A stretch of 64,000 bases of DNA, taken from an uncultured delta proteobacterium (GTDB lineage Bacteria > Desulfobacterota > RBG-13-43-22). The notes under the pieces are model-generated. The model was not told where the DNA came from, made no database searches, and saw only the letters and a program-made list of their open reading frames with translations. The DNA lies in assembly GCA_963790475.1 (NCBI GenBank), contig CAWBOS010000006.1, positions 288,001-352,000 of the forward strand. Reading direction: 5' to 3'. A program made the translations under genes and the position numbers. Shown here piece by piece: positions 49,860 through 58,941 of this stretch; positions within the stretch are counted from its first letter, which is position 1, and the number at the start of each line of letters is the position of its first letter.

Positions 49860-51818
49860 CTTAGGCGCTTAGTGAATCAACATCGACAAAGTTTTGTCGA
49901 TAATATTATGCTGCCATTTTATAAATTTCAAAAATTTGTTGCATCTCATGTTGGATATTTTTGTAATGAATATCGATAGTAGAGAAGTTTCCAGGTTTTG
50001 GTCCGGGATGATGCTTTTCAGCGCCAGCGAGCAGAGGAATCAATATTTTTTCCCGCAGAACAAGGACAGCCGTCATCGAACGCAAGCCCACCGGGGTGGC
50101 CATATAACAGCGCGAATGGCCGATCATTTGAACCAGATCTTTACCTCTAAACTTTTTCAAGTCATAAGAAGCCTGCCGAGCCTGATACCGGCTCTGCGGG
50201 ATTCTGAGAATTTCCCGGACTTTTTCTGCCAGATTCGCAGCCGTAAATCCACGGGGATGGATAGAAAGAGCAATAACAGCTTCCATGACCGCCCGGATAC
50301 GAGGCCGATTGATATCGACCCCTCCCACGGAGGTGGCTCCAACCTTAGAGGGCAGAGGCCACTTCTCCAAGGTACCGTTATCAATAAAAGAAACATCGAC
50401 CCCGTTCAGAACGGTGAGGAATCTTTCCAGGACTTCTTTAAGGGATTCGCAGATCTGTGGGAAACGATCGATCCGTTTTCCGCAACGCAACTGACTCGTA
50501 TTGTGAATAATAACCTCGGTTCGGAGAACCCTTTCGCCTTTGCTATACATCTTGACCGTCATTTTTCCAAAATGGATTTTGAAGATCGTCAGATCATAGA
50601 CAGGTCTCTCGACCGTGATCTCGAATCGAGGCAACGGTTTCTTGCCGTGATGACTGAATGGCCGGTGTCGATAGCCAAAAATAGTTCGAACCGTCTTGAG
50701 ATTCAAAGGGGCTCTGGTTCGATCGATCAAGCCCTGGAACACCTGATCCAAAGTTCGGCCTCGGTTAAAAAGCAGATTGCGGCTATACTCCATCTGATAA
50801 ACAGAATAACTGTAATGGAAGCCACTGGCTTTCTGCTCCGAAAGATCCAAGGCAAAACAAAGACAGGCCGAATAAATCCATTGATCGCAGGTCCGAACCA
50901 GACGCCCTACAGAGCACGAGGCCCTCATGGTATCCGCGATGTGGTCCAGACCTGCGCTATCGGTCACTGCCGTAAAGCAGTTACCTTCTTTAGTAAAGAC
51001 AAGCCCTTGTTTCATGGCCTGACGGGATAGATATTCATGTCCGTTCAGGATGATCTGGGCATTAAAAGGAGGATGGGGACAGAGTTTGATGGTCAGATGT
51101 CCCCATTCCGGATCCATTATGTGGAACGAATAATGGTTGACATAGGGGTAAGGGGTCTTGGTGGAAATGTTACTGATCCCCCCGCTTTTAGATCGCTGAA
51201 TGTGGAAAAGGGGTGCCGGAGCAATCCCGGCCAGAATACAAAATACACCCCGAAAGTTCGGATCCCCGGGAATATATTGCTCGGCCACCTCGTGCTTTCG
51301 TTCACCGCGCTGGCAATGGATCAAGGGAATACCTTCTTTCTTAGCATAGGCATGAATCCGTCGGCTGAGTCGTCCGGCAAAACGCATCAGGTTGGTATCA
51401 TTCAGATCGTTATCTGTTCCCTTCAAGGCCCGCCACCAGGTTCTAAATCCTCCAGGGGACTGGCCAAAAATGAAATAGGCATTGAGCACAATACGATCAA
51501 TACAATCATAAATGCCGTCAAGGTAGTCTTGATATTGCTTGCAAAATTCATCTGCCATGATCATCGGTCTTTCCCTGGTCGATCTTTTGATATGGAGGGC
51601 TCCCCAGTCATTGCCGGGGCCCCTTCTCGGCGGCTGCGAGAATGGGCCCCTGAGCGGCTCGTCGGAGCAGCCGCCTCAATTAGAGGTTCTTTTACAGCTA
51701 ATATCGGGGCTACCCCTTAAGGGAAAGACCAGATTAAAGACTCCGGGCTTTTAAGTCAACTGCCCTGTTAGGGGCCACCTCTTCCGGGGAACTCCCGGAC
51801 GAGGCGTAGTAACTTAGG
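49860..51818 (-). mobile_element. Putative TIR-less insertion element (rolling-circle/Rep_trans-like)
   Basis: CTTAGG direct repeats at 49860 and 51813; subterminal hairpin ATCGACAAA-GT-TTTGTCGAT; single large ORF; flanked by gene remnants. Confidence 0.6.
49906..51564 (-). CDS. Putative transposase/replication-initiator-like protein with C-terminal winged helix
   Basis: DRIVLNAY, HYSFHIMDPEWG, LNGHEYL, QMEYS, KMYSK....LRTE, SYDLKKFRGKDLV. Confidence 0.6.
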   Translation of the reverse strand: MIMADEFCKQYQDYLDGIYDCIDRIVLNAYFIFGQSPGGFRTWWRALKGTDNDLNDTNLMRFAGRLSRRIHAYAKKEGIPLIHCQRGERKHEVAEQYIPGDPNFRGVFCILAGIAPAPLFHIQRSKSGGISNISTKTPYPYVNHYSFHIMDPEWGHLTIKLCPHPPFNAQIILNGHEYLSRQAMKQGLVFTKEGNCFTAVTDSAGLDHIADTMRASCSVGRLVRTCDQWIYSACLCFALDLSEQKASGFHYSYSVYQMEYSRNLLFNRGRTLDQVFQGLIDRTRAPLNLKTVRTIFGYRHRPFSHHGKKPLPRFEITVERPVYDLTIFKIHFGKMTVKMYSKGERVLRTEVIIHNTSQLRCGKRIDRFPQICESLKEVLERFLTVLNGVDVSFIDNGTLEKWPLPSKVGATSVGGVDINRPRIRAVMEAVIALSIHPRGFTAANLAEKVREILRIPQSRYQARQASYDLKKFRGKDLVQMIGHSRCYMATPVGLRSMTAVLVLREKILIPLLAGAEKHHPGPKPGNFSTIDIHYKNIQHEMQQIFEIYKMAA

Positions 51819-51855
51819 AATAGAATTCTACTCAAATTGGATAGAATATTTCGTC

Positions 51856-51937
51856 GTCATAAGGTCTCGCGGAGGCGGGAATCCAGGCTATTCTCAACTT
51901 ATTAAAAACACTGGATTCCCTTTTTCAAGGGAATGAC
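51856..51937. repeat. GTCAT...GGAATCCAG / CTGGATTCC...GGAATGAC palindromic miniature repeat
   Basis: Same architecture as 58836-58903. Confidence 0.7.
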
Positions 51938-52160
51938 GAAAATAGGCTTTCGGTGACTTTTTACGAATCCACCAAATGTTACAATATTTCAAATATGGTT
52001 CCGGCTTGTCCGGGTTAGGGTCTACCGGACTGTAATAAAGGGGATGTTTCTGAATATATCTTTATTTTTTTGCTCTAATTCCAATGAGGCCCAAAATGAT
52101 TCTTCCTGCAAGTACAAGGCCACTCAAAATGGGTGACAACGGGAAGGTCTTTTTGGTTTC

Positions 52161-52364
52161 ATGAGTAGCAAGGCATCATTGGACGGTCAGCCGGGAGGCT
52201 TTTCGGTGAACGGAAACAGTAACTCTACCGGAAGCTTTGTATCAAGACTGGGAATTACTGCCCAAGGACGGGGCAAGGCCTCTTTCTACCTTCGGTATGA
52301 GGGAGACTTCCGTTCCGATTATATGGGCCAAAGCATAAACGTCGGCATTCGTGTGGCTTTTTAA
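52161..52364 (+). pseudogene. C-terminal remnant of an autotransporter-type beta-barrel
   Basis: Amphipathic strands ending YLRYEGDFRSDY..INVGIRVAF (terminal Phe); rest of gene missing. Confidence 0.55.
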
Positions 52365-52581
52365 GGAGATTTTGAGACCCATTCTCAAACCGAAAGCCCT
52401 TGAACTTCAGATCGCCTCATAATTAACCTTGATTTCCTTATAGCAATTTCCCGAACCCAATTTCAACAATATTTGTAACCAGAAACGCTTCTCAGCTATT
52501 AACTGTCGGTAGTATGCTGGTTTTTAAATTCAATCCCCAAAGACTTATTCCCCCGGAAGATAAATATTTTATTTTTTACTC

Positions 52582-52635
52582 TTGACAAGGATTAAAATCT
52601 GCTTTATATATTAGATAAATATCATCCTATTTATC
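52582..52635 (+). promoter_or_regulatory. Sigma70 promoter and candidate Rrf2 operator
   Basis: TTGACA-N17-TATATA; palindrome GATAAATA-N6-TATTTATC at 52614-52635. Confidence 0.65.
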
Positions 52636-52662
52636 CTGTATAAACCAAAAGGAAATTCAAAA

Positions 52663-53094
52663 ATGCGCCTGACAAGGGCCGGAGAATACGCGGTGCGATG
52701 CGTTTTGCATCTTTCTTCCCAAAAAGAAGGATCAATCGTCAGCCGCCGGGATATTTCCAAACAGATGGAAATACCTGATCAATTCCTGGGTAAAATAGCC
52801 CAGCAACTGGCCCGGGCGGGGTTGATCGAAATCGTTCAAGGGGCCAAAGGCGGCTATCGACTGCTGGTGTCGCCTTCCAAAATATCCCTTCTCACCGTGG
52901 TCGAAGCGGTCATAGGCCAGATCTTTCTCAACGATTGTCTAATGAGACCGGGATCCTGTAAACGCAGTTTTTCCTGTTCGGTCAATAAAATATGGGAAAA
53001 GGCCAGAAACCAGTTAAGAGAAACCCTTCAGGGAGTTTCCTTCGAACAATTGCTTCAGGAAGAAAACTGTTTTCTTCCTGATGTTTCACCCTGA
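52663..53094 (+). CDS. Rrf2-family transcriptional regulator
   Basis: LTRAGEYAVR, GAKGGY, three Cys (C.....C.....C). Confidence 0.92.
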   Translation: MRLTRAGEYAVRCVLHLSSQKEGSIVSRRDISKQMEIPDQFLGKIAQQLARAGLIEIVQGAKGGYRLLVSPSKISLLTVVEAVIGQIFLNDCLMRPGSCKRSFSCSVNKIWEKARNQLRETLQGVSFEQLLQEENCFLPDVSP

Positions 53095-53230
53095 CTTTTT
53101 TCACGTTGCGGAGACAGTCAATGGTTTTTTTGATCCAATTTATTTTTCCGAGGTGACTTATTAACCTGATGGGCCTTCTGGATTTTAAATCGCCGGTGAA
53201 GGTCAACGATAAAAAGAGAAAGGAGAGGCT

Positions 53231-54538
53231 ATGGATGCTTTAATTCTTTCCCGGCTGCAGTTCGCGGCGGCCACTATTTTTCATTTTTTATTTGTGCCCT
53301 TGACCCTGGGTCTTTCCATTATGATCGCCATCATGGAAAACCGTTACGCTCGAACGGGAGAAGAGGTCTATCTGAAAATGACCCGATTCTGGGGCAAAAT
53401 CTTTCTGATCAATTTTGCCCTGGGGATCGTCACCGGCATTACCCTCGAATTCCAGTTCGGTACCAACTGGTCCCGTTATTCCGCCTTTGTGGGGGACATC
53501 TTCGGATCCCTCCTGGCCATAGAAGCCACGGCGGCCTTTTTTCTGGAATCCACTTTTATCGGGATCTGGATCTTCGGCTGGAAAAAGCTTTCGCCTAAGG
53601 CCCATGCCATAGTGATGTGGTTTGTTGCCGGGGCTTCCACCCTTTCCGCTCTCTGGATACTTACGGCCAATGCCTGGATGCAACATCCGGTAGGTTATGT
53701 ATTGCGAAACGGACGGGCGGAACTGGAGAGCTTCACCGCCGTCATTTTTCAAGAATTCGCCATCCTGGAAATTCTCCACACCCTCAGTGCCGCATATATT
53801 CTAAGCGCCTTTTTTGTCATGGGGATCAGCGCCTATCATCTCCTCAAAAAACAGCATGTTGATTTCTTCACCCGTTCCTTTCGAATCGCCTTAACCTTCG
53901 GACTGATCTTTTCCCTTTTTGAAGTGGTGGAAGGCCACCTTCACGGCTCCGATCTGGCGGTGAAACAACCGGCCAAATTGGCGGCCATGGAAGCCCACTG
54001 GGAGACCTCCAAGCAGGCCCCGGTCTATCTTTTCGCTCTTCCTGATGAGACTAATGAAAAAAATACCCTTGAAATTCTACCCCTGCCGGGGGTGCTCAGT
54101 TTGCTGGCCACCCATTCCCTGGATGGAGTAGTCAAGGGCCTCAAAGATATCCCAAGGGGTGAAAGGCCGCCGGTACTTATCAATTTTGCCTCATTTAAAA
54201 CCATGGTTGCCTTAGGCATGTATTTCGTCCTCATGACCCTGGTCGGTTTTTTCAAAAGAAACCGTCTTTCGGAAAGCCCGGGCTATTTGAAACTGATGCT
54301 CTATTCAATCCCCCTGCCTTATATCGCCATTGAATTGGGATGGGTCCTGGCCGAAGTGGGGCGCCAGCCCTGGATTGTTTACGGCGTCATGAAGACTTCC
54401 GAAGCCTTCTCTCCTGTGGCCACGTCCCAGGTTTTGACCAGTTTAATAGCCTTTATCCTGATTTATGGAATTTTGGGGGCTATTGGATACTTTCTCATCA
54501 TCAGGCAGGCCAGAAAAGGGCCCGAGCTTGCCGGATGA
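53231..54538 (+). CDS. cydA: Cytochrome bd ubiquinol oxidase subunit I
   Basis: FHFLFVPLTLG, EFQFGTNW, WMQHP, QPAKLAAME, EVGRQPW. Confidence 0.97.
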   Translation: MDALILSRLQFAAATIFHFLFVPLTLGLSIMIAIMENRYARTGEEVYLKMTRFWGKIFLINFALGIVTGITLEFQFGTNWSRYSAFVGDIFGSLLAIEATAAFFLESTFIGIWIFGWKKLSPKAHAIVMWFVAGASTLSALWILTANAWMQHPVGYVLRNGRAELESFTAVIFQEFAILEILHTLSAAYILSAFFVMGISAYHLLKKQHVDFFTRSFRIALTFGLIFSLFEVVEGHLHGSDLAVKQPAKLAAMEAHWETSKQAPVYLFALPDETNEKNTLEILPLPGVLSLLATHSLDGVVKGLKDIPRGERPPVLINFASFKTMVALGMYFVLMTLVGFFKRNRLSESPGYLKLMLYSIPLPYIAIELGWVLAEVGRQPWIVYGVMKTSEAFSPVATSQVLTSLIAFILIYGILGAIGYFLIIRQARKGPELAG

Positions 54539-54593
54539 TTGAACCATCAAAGGGGCCTTCTATTACCAGTCAGCTCAAGAAAGGAGAGGGACA

Positions 54594-55610
54594 ATGATTT
54601 TACAAGATATATGGTTTTTCGTCTGGGGGCTGTTATGGGCCATTTATTTTTTAACCGATGGTTTCGATCTGGGGATAGGATCGCTTCTTCCTTTCCTGGG
54701 GAAAGATGAGGATTCAAAAAAAGTCATGATTGCGGCTATGGGACCTTTATGGGACGGCAATGAGGTCTGGTTGCTGACCGCGGGAGGAGTAACCTTCGCC
54801 GCTTTTCCTCAAGTCTATGCCGTCATGTTCAGCTCCCTCTATTCGGCATTGATGCTGATCCTCTTTGCCCTCATCCTGCGGGGGGTTTCTCTGGAATTCA
54901 GAAGTAAAATCGAAAGCCCGGGCTGGAAGAAGCTGTGGGATACCTGTCTGTTCCTGGGAAGTCTATTGCCGGCCATTCTCTTCGGGGCGGCTTTTGCCAA
55001 TATTTTTCGGGGAATTCCTTTTGATCAAAACGGCGTTTATCAGGGCACTCTCTTCACCCTGCTCAATCCCTATGGGCTTCTTGGGGGCATCCTCTTTCTC
55101 TTTCTTTTTTTGGTGCATGGCGCCAACTGGCTGGCCATCAAAAGCGATGGGGAACTCCAGGAAAGGGCGATTAAAACCGGAAAATATTTGTGGCCACTTT
55201 TGTTAATCGCCGCCGTCATCTTTCTCGGAGCTACCTACTATTCAACCCCTCTTTACAATAATTATTTCAACCATCCCCTTCTTTTCTTAGTCATCCTGGT
55301 GACCGTATCGGCCCTGCTGGGCATCCGTTTTTTCTTGAGTTCCGGAAGTCTGTGGAAGGCTTGGTTTTCCTCTGCCCTGACCATTATAGGCGCTACCTTT
55401 TTTGGGATCATCGGCCTGTATCCGAATATGTTCCCATCAAACCTGAACCCGGTTTATAGCCTGACAGCCCACAATGCCTCTTCCAGTCCCTTGACCTTGA
55501 AAATAATGTTGACCGTGGCCCTTATTTTTGTGCCCGTTGTCCTGGTTTATCAAATCTGGACCTACGTTCTGTTTAAAGGAAAAGTCAGCAGCGAGGATTT
55601 GTCTTACTGA
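54594..55610 (+). CDS. cydB: Cytochrome bd ubiquinol oxidase subunit II
   Basis: DGFDLG, GPLWDGNEVWL, FAAFP. Confidence 0.97.
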   Translation: MILQDIWFFVWGLLWAIYFLTDGFDLGIGSLLPFLGKDEDSKKVMIAAMGPLWDGNEVWLLTAGGVTFAAFPQVYAVMFSSLYSALMLILFALILRGVSLEFRSKIESPGWKKLWDTCLFLGSLLPAILFGAAFANIFRGIPFDQNGVYQGTLFTLLNPYGLLGGILFLFLFLVHGANWLAIKSDGELQERAIKTGKYLWPLLLIAAVIFLGATYYSTPLYNNYFNHPLLFLVILVTVSALLGIRFFLSSGSLWKAWFSSALTIIGATFFGIIGLYPNMFPSNLNPVYSLTAHNASSSPLTLKIMLTVALIFVPVVLVYQIWTYVLFKGKVSSEDLSY

Positions 55611-55782
55611 CGATGTTTATTGATATATGAGGAGATTGACAAGGCCACGCCGGTCCCTCCTCCTCATCGTCGCTTAATTAGTTTCCATCCGGAAACGTTT
55701 TCGAATGAGGTTTAAGGCCTTACGCCTTAGACCATAAACCTTAGAACTTTTATATAAAAAATCTAATAAAGGAGGAATCAAA

Positions 55783-56208
55783 ATGGAAACATTAGTCATC
55801 GAAAATCAGATTGGAGCCGCCAAAGGTACCGACGTGGAAAAGGAGGTCATGGATAATTTCCGGGGCGAGACCGCCGAGGTGGGTCTTTATCTGGCTATGG
55901 CCCGGCAGGCCGAACGTGAAGGCTATCCCGAAGTGGCCAGGGCTTTGAAGGATATCGCCTGGGATGAGGCCAACCATGCGGCTCAGTTCGCTGAGCTAAA
56001 TGGCCTTATCTCCCCCAGCACCAAGGAAAACATCGAACGGATGCTGAAGGGAGAACGGATGGCCAATAAAGGTAAACAAGAGGCGTCAATAAAGGCGGCC
56101 CAATGCGGTCTGATTTCCTGCCAGATCTTTTTCGGCGAATCGGCCAGGGATGAGGGCCGTCATGCCCGGGCCTTGGAAGGACTCTTGAAGCGCCACTTTT
56201 CGTCATAA
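55783..56208 (+). CDS. Rubrerythrin-like ferritin-fold protein
   Basis: GETAEVGLYLAMARQA, EANH and EGRH di-iron motifs. Confidence 0.88.
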   Translation: METLVIENQIGAAKGTDVEKEVMDNFRGETAEVGLYLAMARQAEREGYPEVARALKDIAWDEANHAAQFAELNGLISPSTKENIERMLKGERMANKGKQEASIKAAQCGLISCQIFFGESARDEGRHARALEGLLKRHFSS

Positions 56209-56218
56209 AGGCTTGGTT

Positions 56219-57763
56219 CTAATTCGGGTCCAACAAAAGCGAATGACCTTCCCAATAGACATCTCGGAGAAACCGCTTTTTAAGTTTTCCGCTGGCCTCA
56301 CGGGGGAGGGCCTGGTGAAAGTCGATCGACTTGGGGCATTTGAACGAAGCCAGTCGGGTGCGGCACCAGGCAATAAGCTCAGCGGCGGTTTCCTCGCCGG
56401 CGGCAAAACCTTCCTGTAACTCGATAGCCGCTTTGACCTGCTCCCCGAATTCGGGATCAGGGATGCCGAAGACTGCGGCGTCACGCACGACGTCATGTTC
56501 GAGCAGTACGGCTTCGATCTCCGCCGGGTAGACATTGACCCCACCGGAAAGTATCAGATCGACCCGACGATCGGCAAGGTAGATAAAGCCTTCGGCATCC
56601 ATCCAGCCCACATCGCCGACGGTGAACCGCCCGTCCGGGAGACGACTTTTCTCGGTCTTCTCGTCGTCGCCGTGATAGACAGGGGGACCATCAACCCGGC
56701 GGAAATACAGGGTCCCGATGGACCCGACCGGGAGATCATTCCCCTGATCATCGACCACGCTGGCTTCGAGCCGGGGATTGGGTCGCCCGATGGTACCGGG
56801 GTGCGACATCCACTCCTCACTGGTGCAGACCACCGGCCCGGTACCCTCACTGGAACCAAGAAACTCAATAATGATCGGGCCCAGCCGGTCGATAAGGGCC
56901 TGCTTGGCCCAGGCCGGACAGGGTGCTGCCGTGTGGCAGATCCACTTAAGCAATGATGTATCAAATCGCGCCCATTCCTCCGGAGGAAGCTTGGCCAGGC
57001 GAATGATCAGTGTCGGGACTACCGGTGCTGAAGTTATGCCTTCCCGTTCTACGGTTTCCAGGAAGTCGAGGGGATCGAAGCGGGCTTTGATGACCATACG
57101 GTGGCGACGGGCCAGGAATGATCCCAGGACTCCTCCCCCGAAGGAAGGATAGAGAGGGGTGGTGATCAAGCCTGTGCCTTCTTCCGGCATGAGAACTGCT
57201 GAAGCCCACAGATTGATGGCTGTACCCCAAAGCTCCACCGGTCCACCGGTGTCGGAACGAATAACGCCCTTCGACCGGCCTGTTGTTCCGCCGGTGTAAA
57301 GTAAAGGTGCTCCGGCAATGTCGTCGCGGGGATTGCTGTCGGGGAAGCCGGCAATCCAATTATCAAAGGCCGGACCGAGCACGAAGATTCGTTCCGGGGC
57401 GATTCCCACGGCCAGAGCGGCGGCGCGGCCCTTCTCCTCATTGGCCGGATCGACAATAAGCATGGTGGCGCCGCTGTCTTGTAATAAATATTCCAACTCC
57501 GGCACTGCCAGGTGCCAGTTGAGAGGGACATAACGGGTACCGGCCCGGGCATTACCCAGGGCCAGTTCCGGCCACTCCACCCGGTTATGAGCCAATAATG
57601 CCCAACGGTCACCGATTCCCAGTCCGAGGGATTCGAGCGCGTGAGCAAAGCGCCGGGCATTCGTCTCCAGTTGACGCCAGGTGCGGCTGCCATTTTCCGC
57701 GGATACGGCTTCCGCGTCCGGGTGTTCAATGGTGGAGGGGAAGAGATTAGTATAATGTTTCAT
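56219..57763 (-). CDS. AMP-dependent acyl-CoA synthetase
   Basis: YTGGTTGRSKG, GD..D, SGGVNVYPAEIE, GKL; start uncertain (57763 or 57853). Confidence 0.9.
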   Translation of the reverse strand: MKHYTNLFPSTIEHPDAEAVSAENGSRTWRQLETNARRFAHALESLGLGIGDRWALLAHNRVEWPELALGNARAGTRYVPLNWHLAVPELEYLLQDSGATMLIVDPANEEKGRAAALAVGIAPERIFVLGPAFDNWIAGFPDSNPRDDIAGAPLLYTGGTTGRSKGVIRSDTGGPVELWGTAINLWASAVLMPEEGTGLITTPLYPSFGGGVLGSFLARRHRMVIKARFDPLDFLETVEREGITSAPVVPTLIIRLAKLPPEEWARFDTSLLKWICHTAAPCPAWAKQALIDRLGPIIIEFLGSSEGTGPVVCTSEEWMSHPGTIGRPNPRLEASVVDDQGNDLPVGSIGTLYFRRVDGPPVYHGDDEKTEKSRLPDGRFTVGDVGWMDAEGFIYLADRRVDLILSGGVNVYPAEIEAVLLEHDVVRDAAVFGIPDPEFGEQVKAAIELQEGFAAGEETAAELIAWCRTRLASFKCPKSIDFHQALPREASGKLKKRFLRDVYWEGHSLLLDPN

Positions 57764-57913
57764 AATTACTTTTTGGTATCCTTTCCGGCCGGCTGATGGC
57801 GGAAGGGTAAGGCTGTCTTTGCTTTCGCCGTTCGTGTCTATTCCGTTCCCCATATTTAGTTAGAAGTCTTTAAAATTTAAAAAATGTAATAGCGTTTTTT
57901 ACAATCATTGGTC

Positions 57914-58711
57914 CTAAGTTTTGATCCTGCCGCCCCAAAAGAGCAATCGTTCCTTAATGAATTCCAGGATTTTTAAATGTTCTGTTTTCCCGGAACCGAC
58001 GATGGGGAAAGAGCTGCCGAATTGCATATAAATGGGCTTCTCTCGATGGACAGGGCCGACGTCTCTGAATATGGATCCATTACCCCAGAAATCTGTTTTG
58101 ATCGCTACCGGGACTACTTGAACTCCGGCTTTTCTTGCAAGGATAATTCCCAATGTGTTGAAAGTTCCGGGGTCGAATATTTCTGACCGTGTGCTCTGGG
58201 GAAAGATGATGATCGATGTTCCGGAACGAAGTAGCTCTTGCCCCTTTTCAAGAACAATGGTCAAATCTTCCCTGGCATTCTTACGAAGGACCACGATAGG
58301 GTTTCGTGACCGCATTACCGGACCGAATGCGGAATGTTTGACCAGACTCTCCTTTACGACATACGTAACAGGCATTAGGGGGGCTATAATGGAAGGGAAG
58401 ACAAAGGTTTCCAGCATGCTCATGTGATTACTGATGAAAACAACCGGTTCCTTGAGGGACCTAACATTGCCCATCCCTCTCAAATGCAGCCGTCCGCCAC
58501 AGCCTTCGATAAGCTTGACGATCCTGTAAGAGGATTGCGACCAGGCTTCATCGTTATAAAGATTTTTGATCGCCAAGCCCCGTGACCTTAAAATCTCCAA
58601 ATAATAGCCTACTGCAAAATACCACCTGGTTCCAAGGAAGAGACGGTCCATGAACCTGCGAGGTGTTGCAGGGTCAGTGTCATAGGTGTCGTTTGGAAAA
58701 AACTGAAACAT
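57914..58711 (-). CDS. Lysophospholipid acyltransferase (PlsC-like)
   Basis: SNHMSMLE (HX4D-like), IFPQSTR. Confidence 0.85.
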   Translation of the reverse strand: MFQFFPNDTYDTDPATPRRFMDRLFLGTRWYFAVGYYLEILRSRGLAIKNLYNDEAWSQSSYRIVKLIEGCGGRLHLRGMGNVRSLKEPVVFISNHMSMLETFVFPSIIAPLMPVTYVVKESLVKHSAFGPVMRSRNPIVVLRKNAREDLTIVLEKGQELLRSGTSIIIFPQSTRSEIFDPGTFNTLGIILARKAGVQVVPVAIKTDFWGNGSIFRDVGPVHREKPIYMQFGSSFPIVGSGKTEHLKILEFIKERLLFWGGRIKT

Positions 58712-58835
58712 ATAGGAACCGTTGCCAGATATTCTATGAAGCCCTCAACTAAGTAAGATTGATAGCCCCATAAGGTGTCAAATTAAAAGACAGGGAGAAG
58801 AATCCAATTTCCCCTTCACAATATCGAGTGTGGCC

Positions 58836-58903
58836 GTCATTCCTGCGAAAGCAGGAATCCAGGTTGAAAAGACTGGATTCCGGATCAAGTCCAGAGGAAT
58901 GAC
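58836..58903. repeat. GTCATTCC...GGAATGAC palindromic miniature repeat
   Basis: GTCATTCCTGCGAAAGCAGGAATCCAG...CTGGATTCC...GGAATGAC. Confidence 0.75.
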
Positions 58904-58941
58904 AACCGAGGAAAGTGATTACTGTTATTGTACACTAGGGC

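Noticed and set aside
49894-51720. Long + strand ORFs (378 aa, 227 aa) opposite the putative transposase
   Set aside because: Antisense shadows with no recognisable motifs; the - strand ORF has the coherent motifs and RBS.
51995-52020. Integron attC site (..CCGGGTTAGGG)
   Set aside because: Only a GTTAGG-like end is visible; no matching inverse core, cassette array or integrase.
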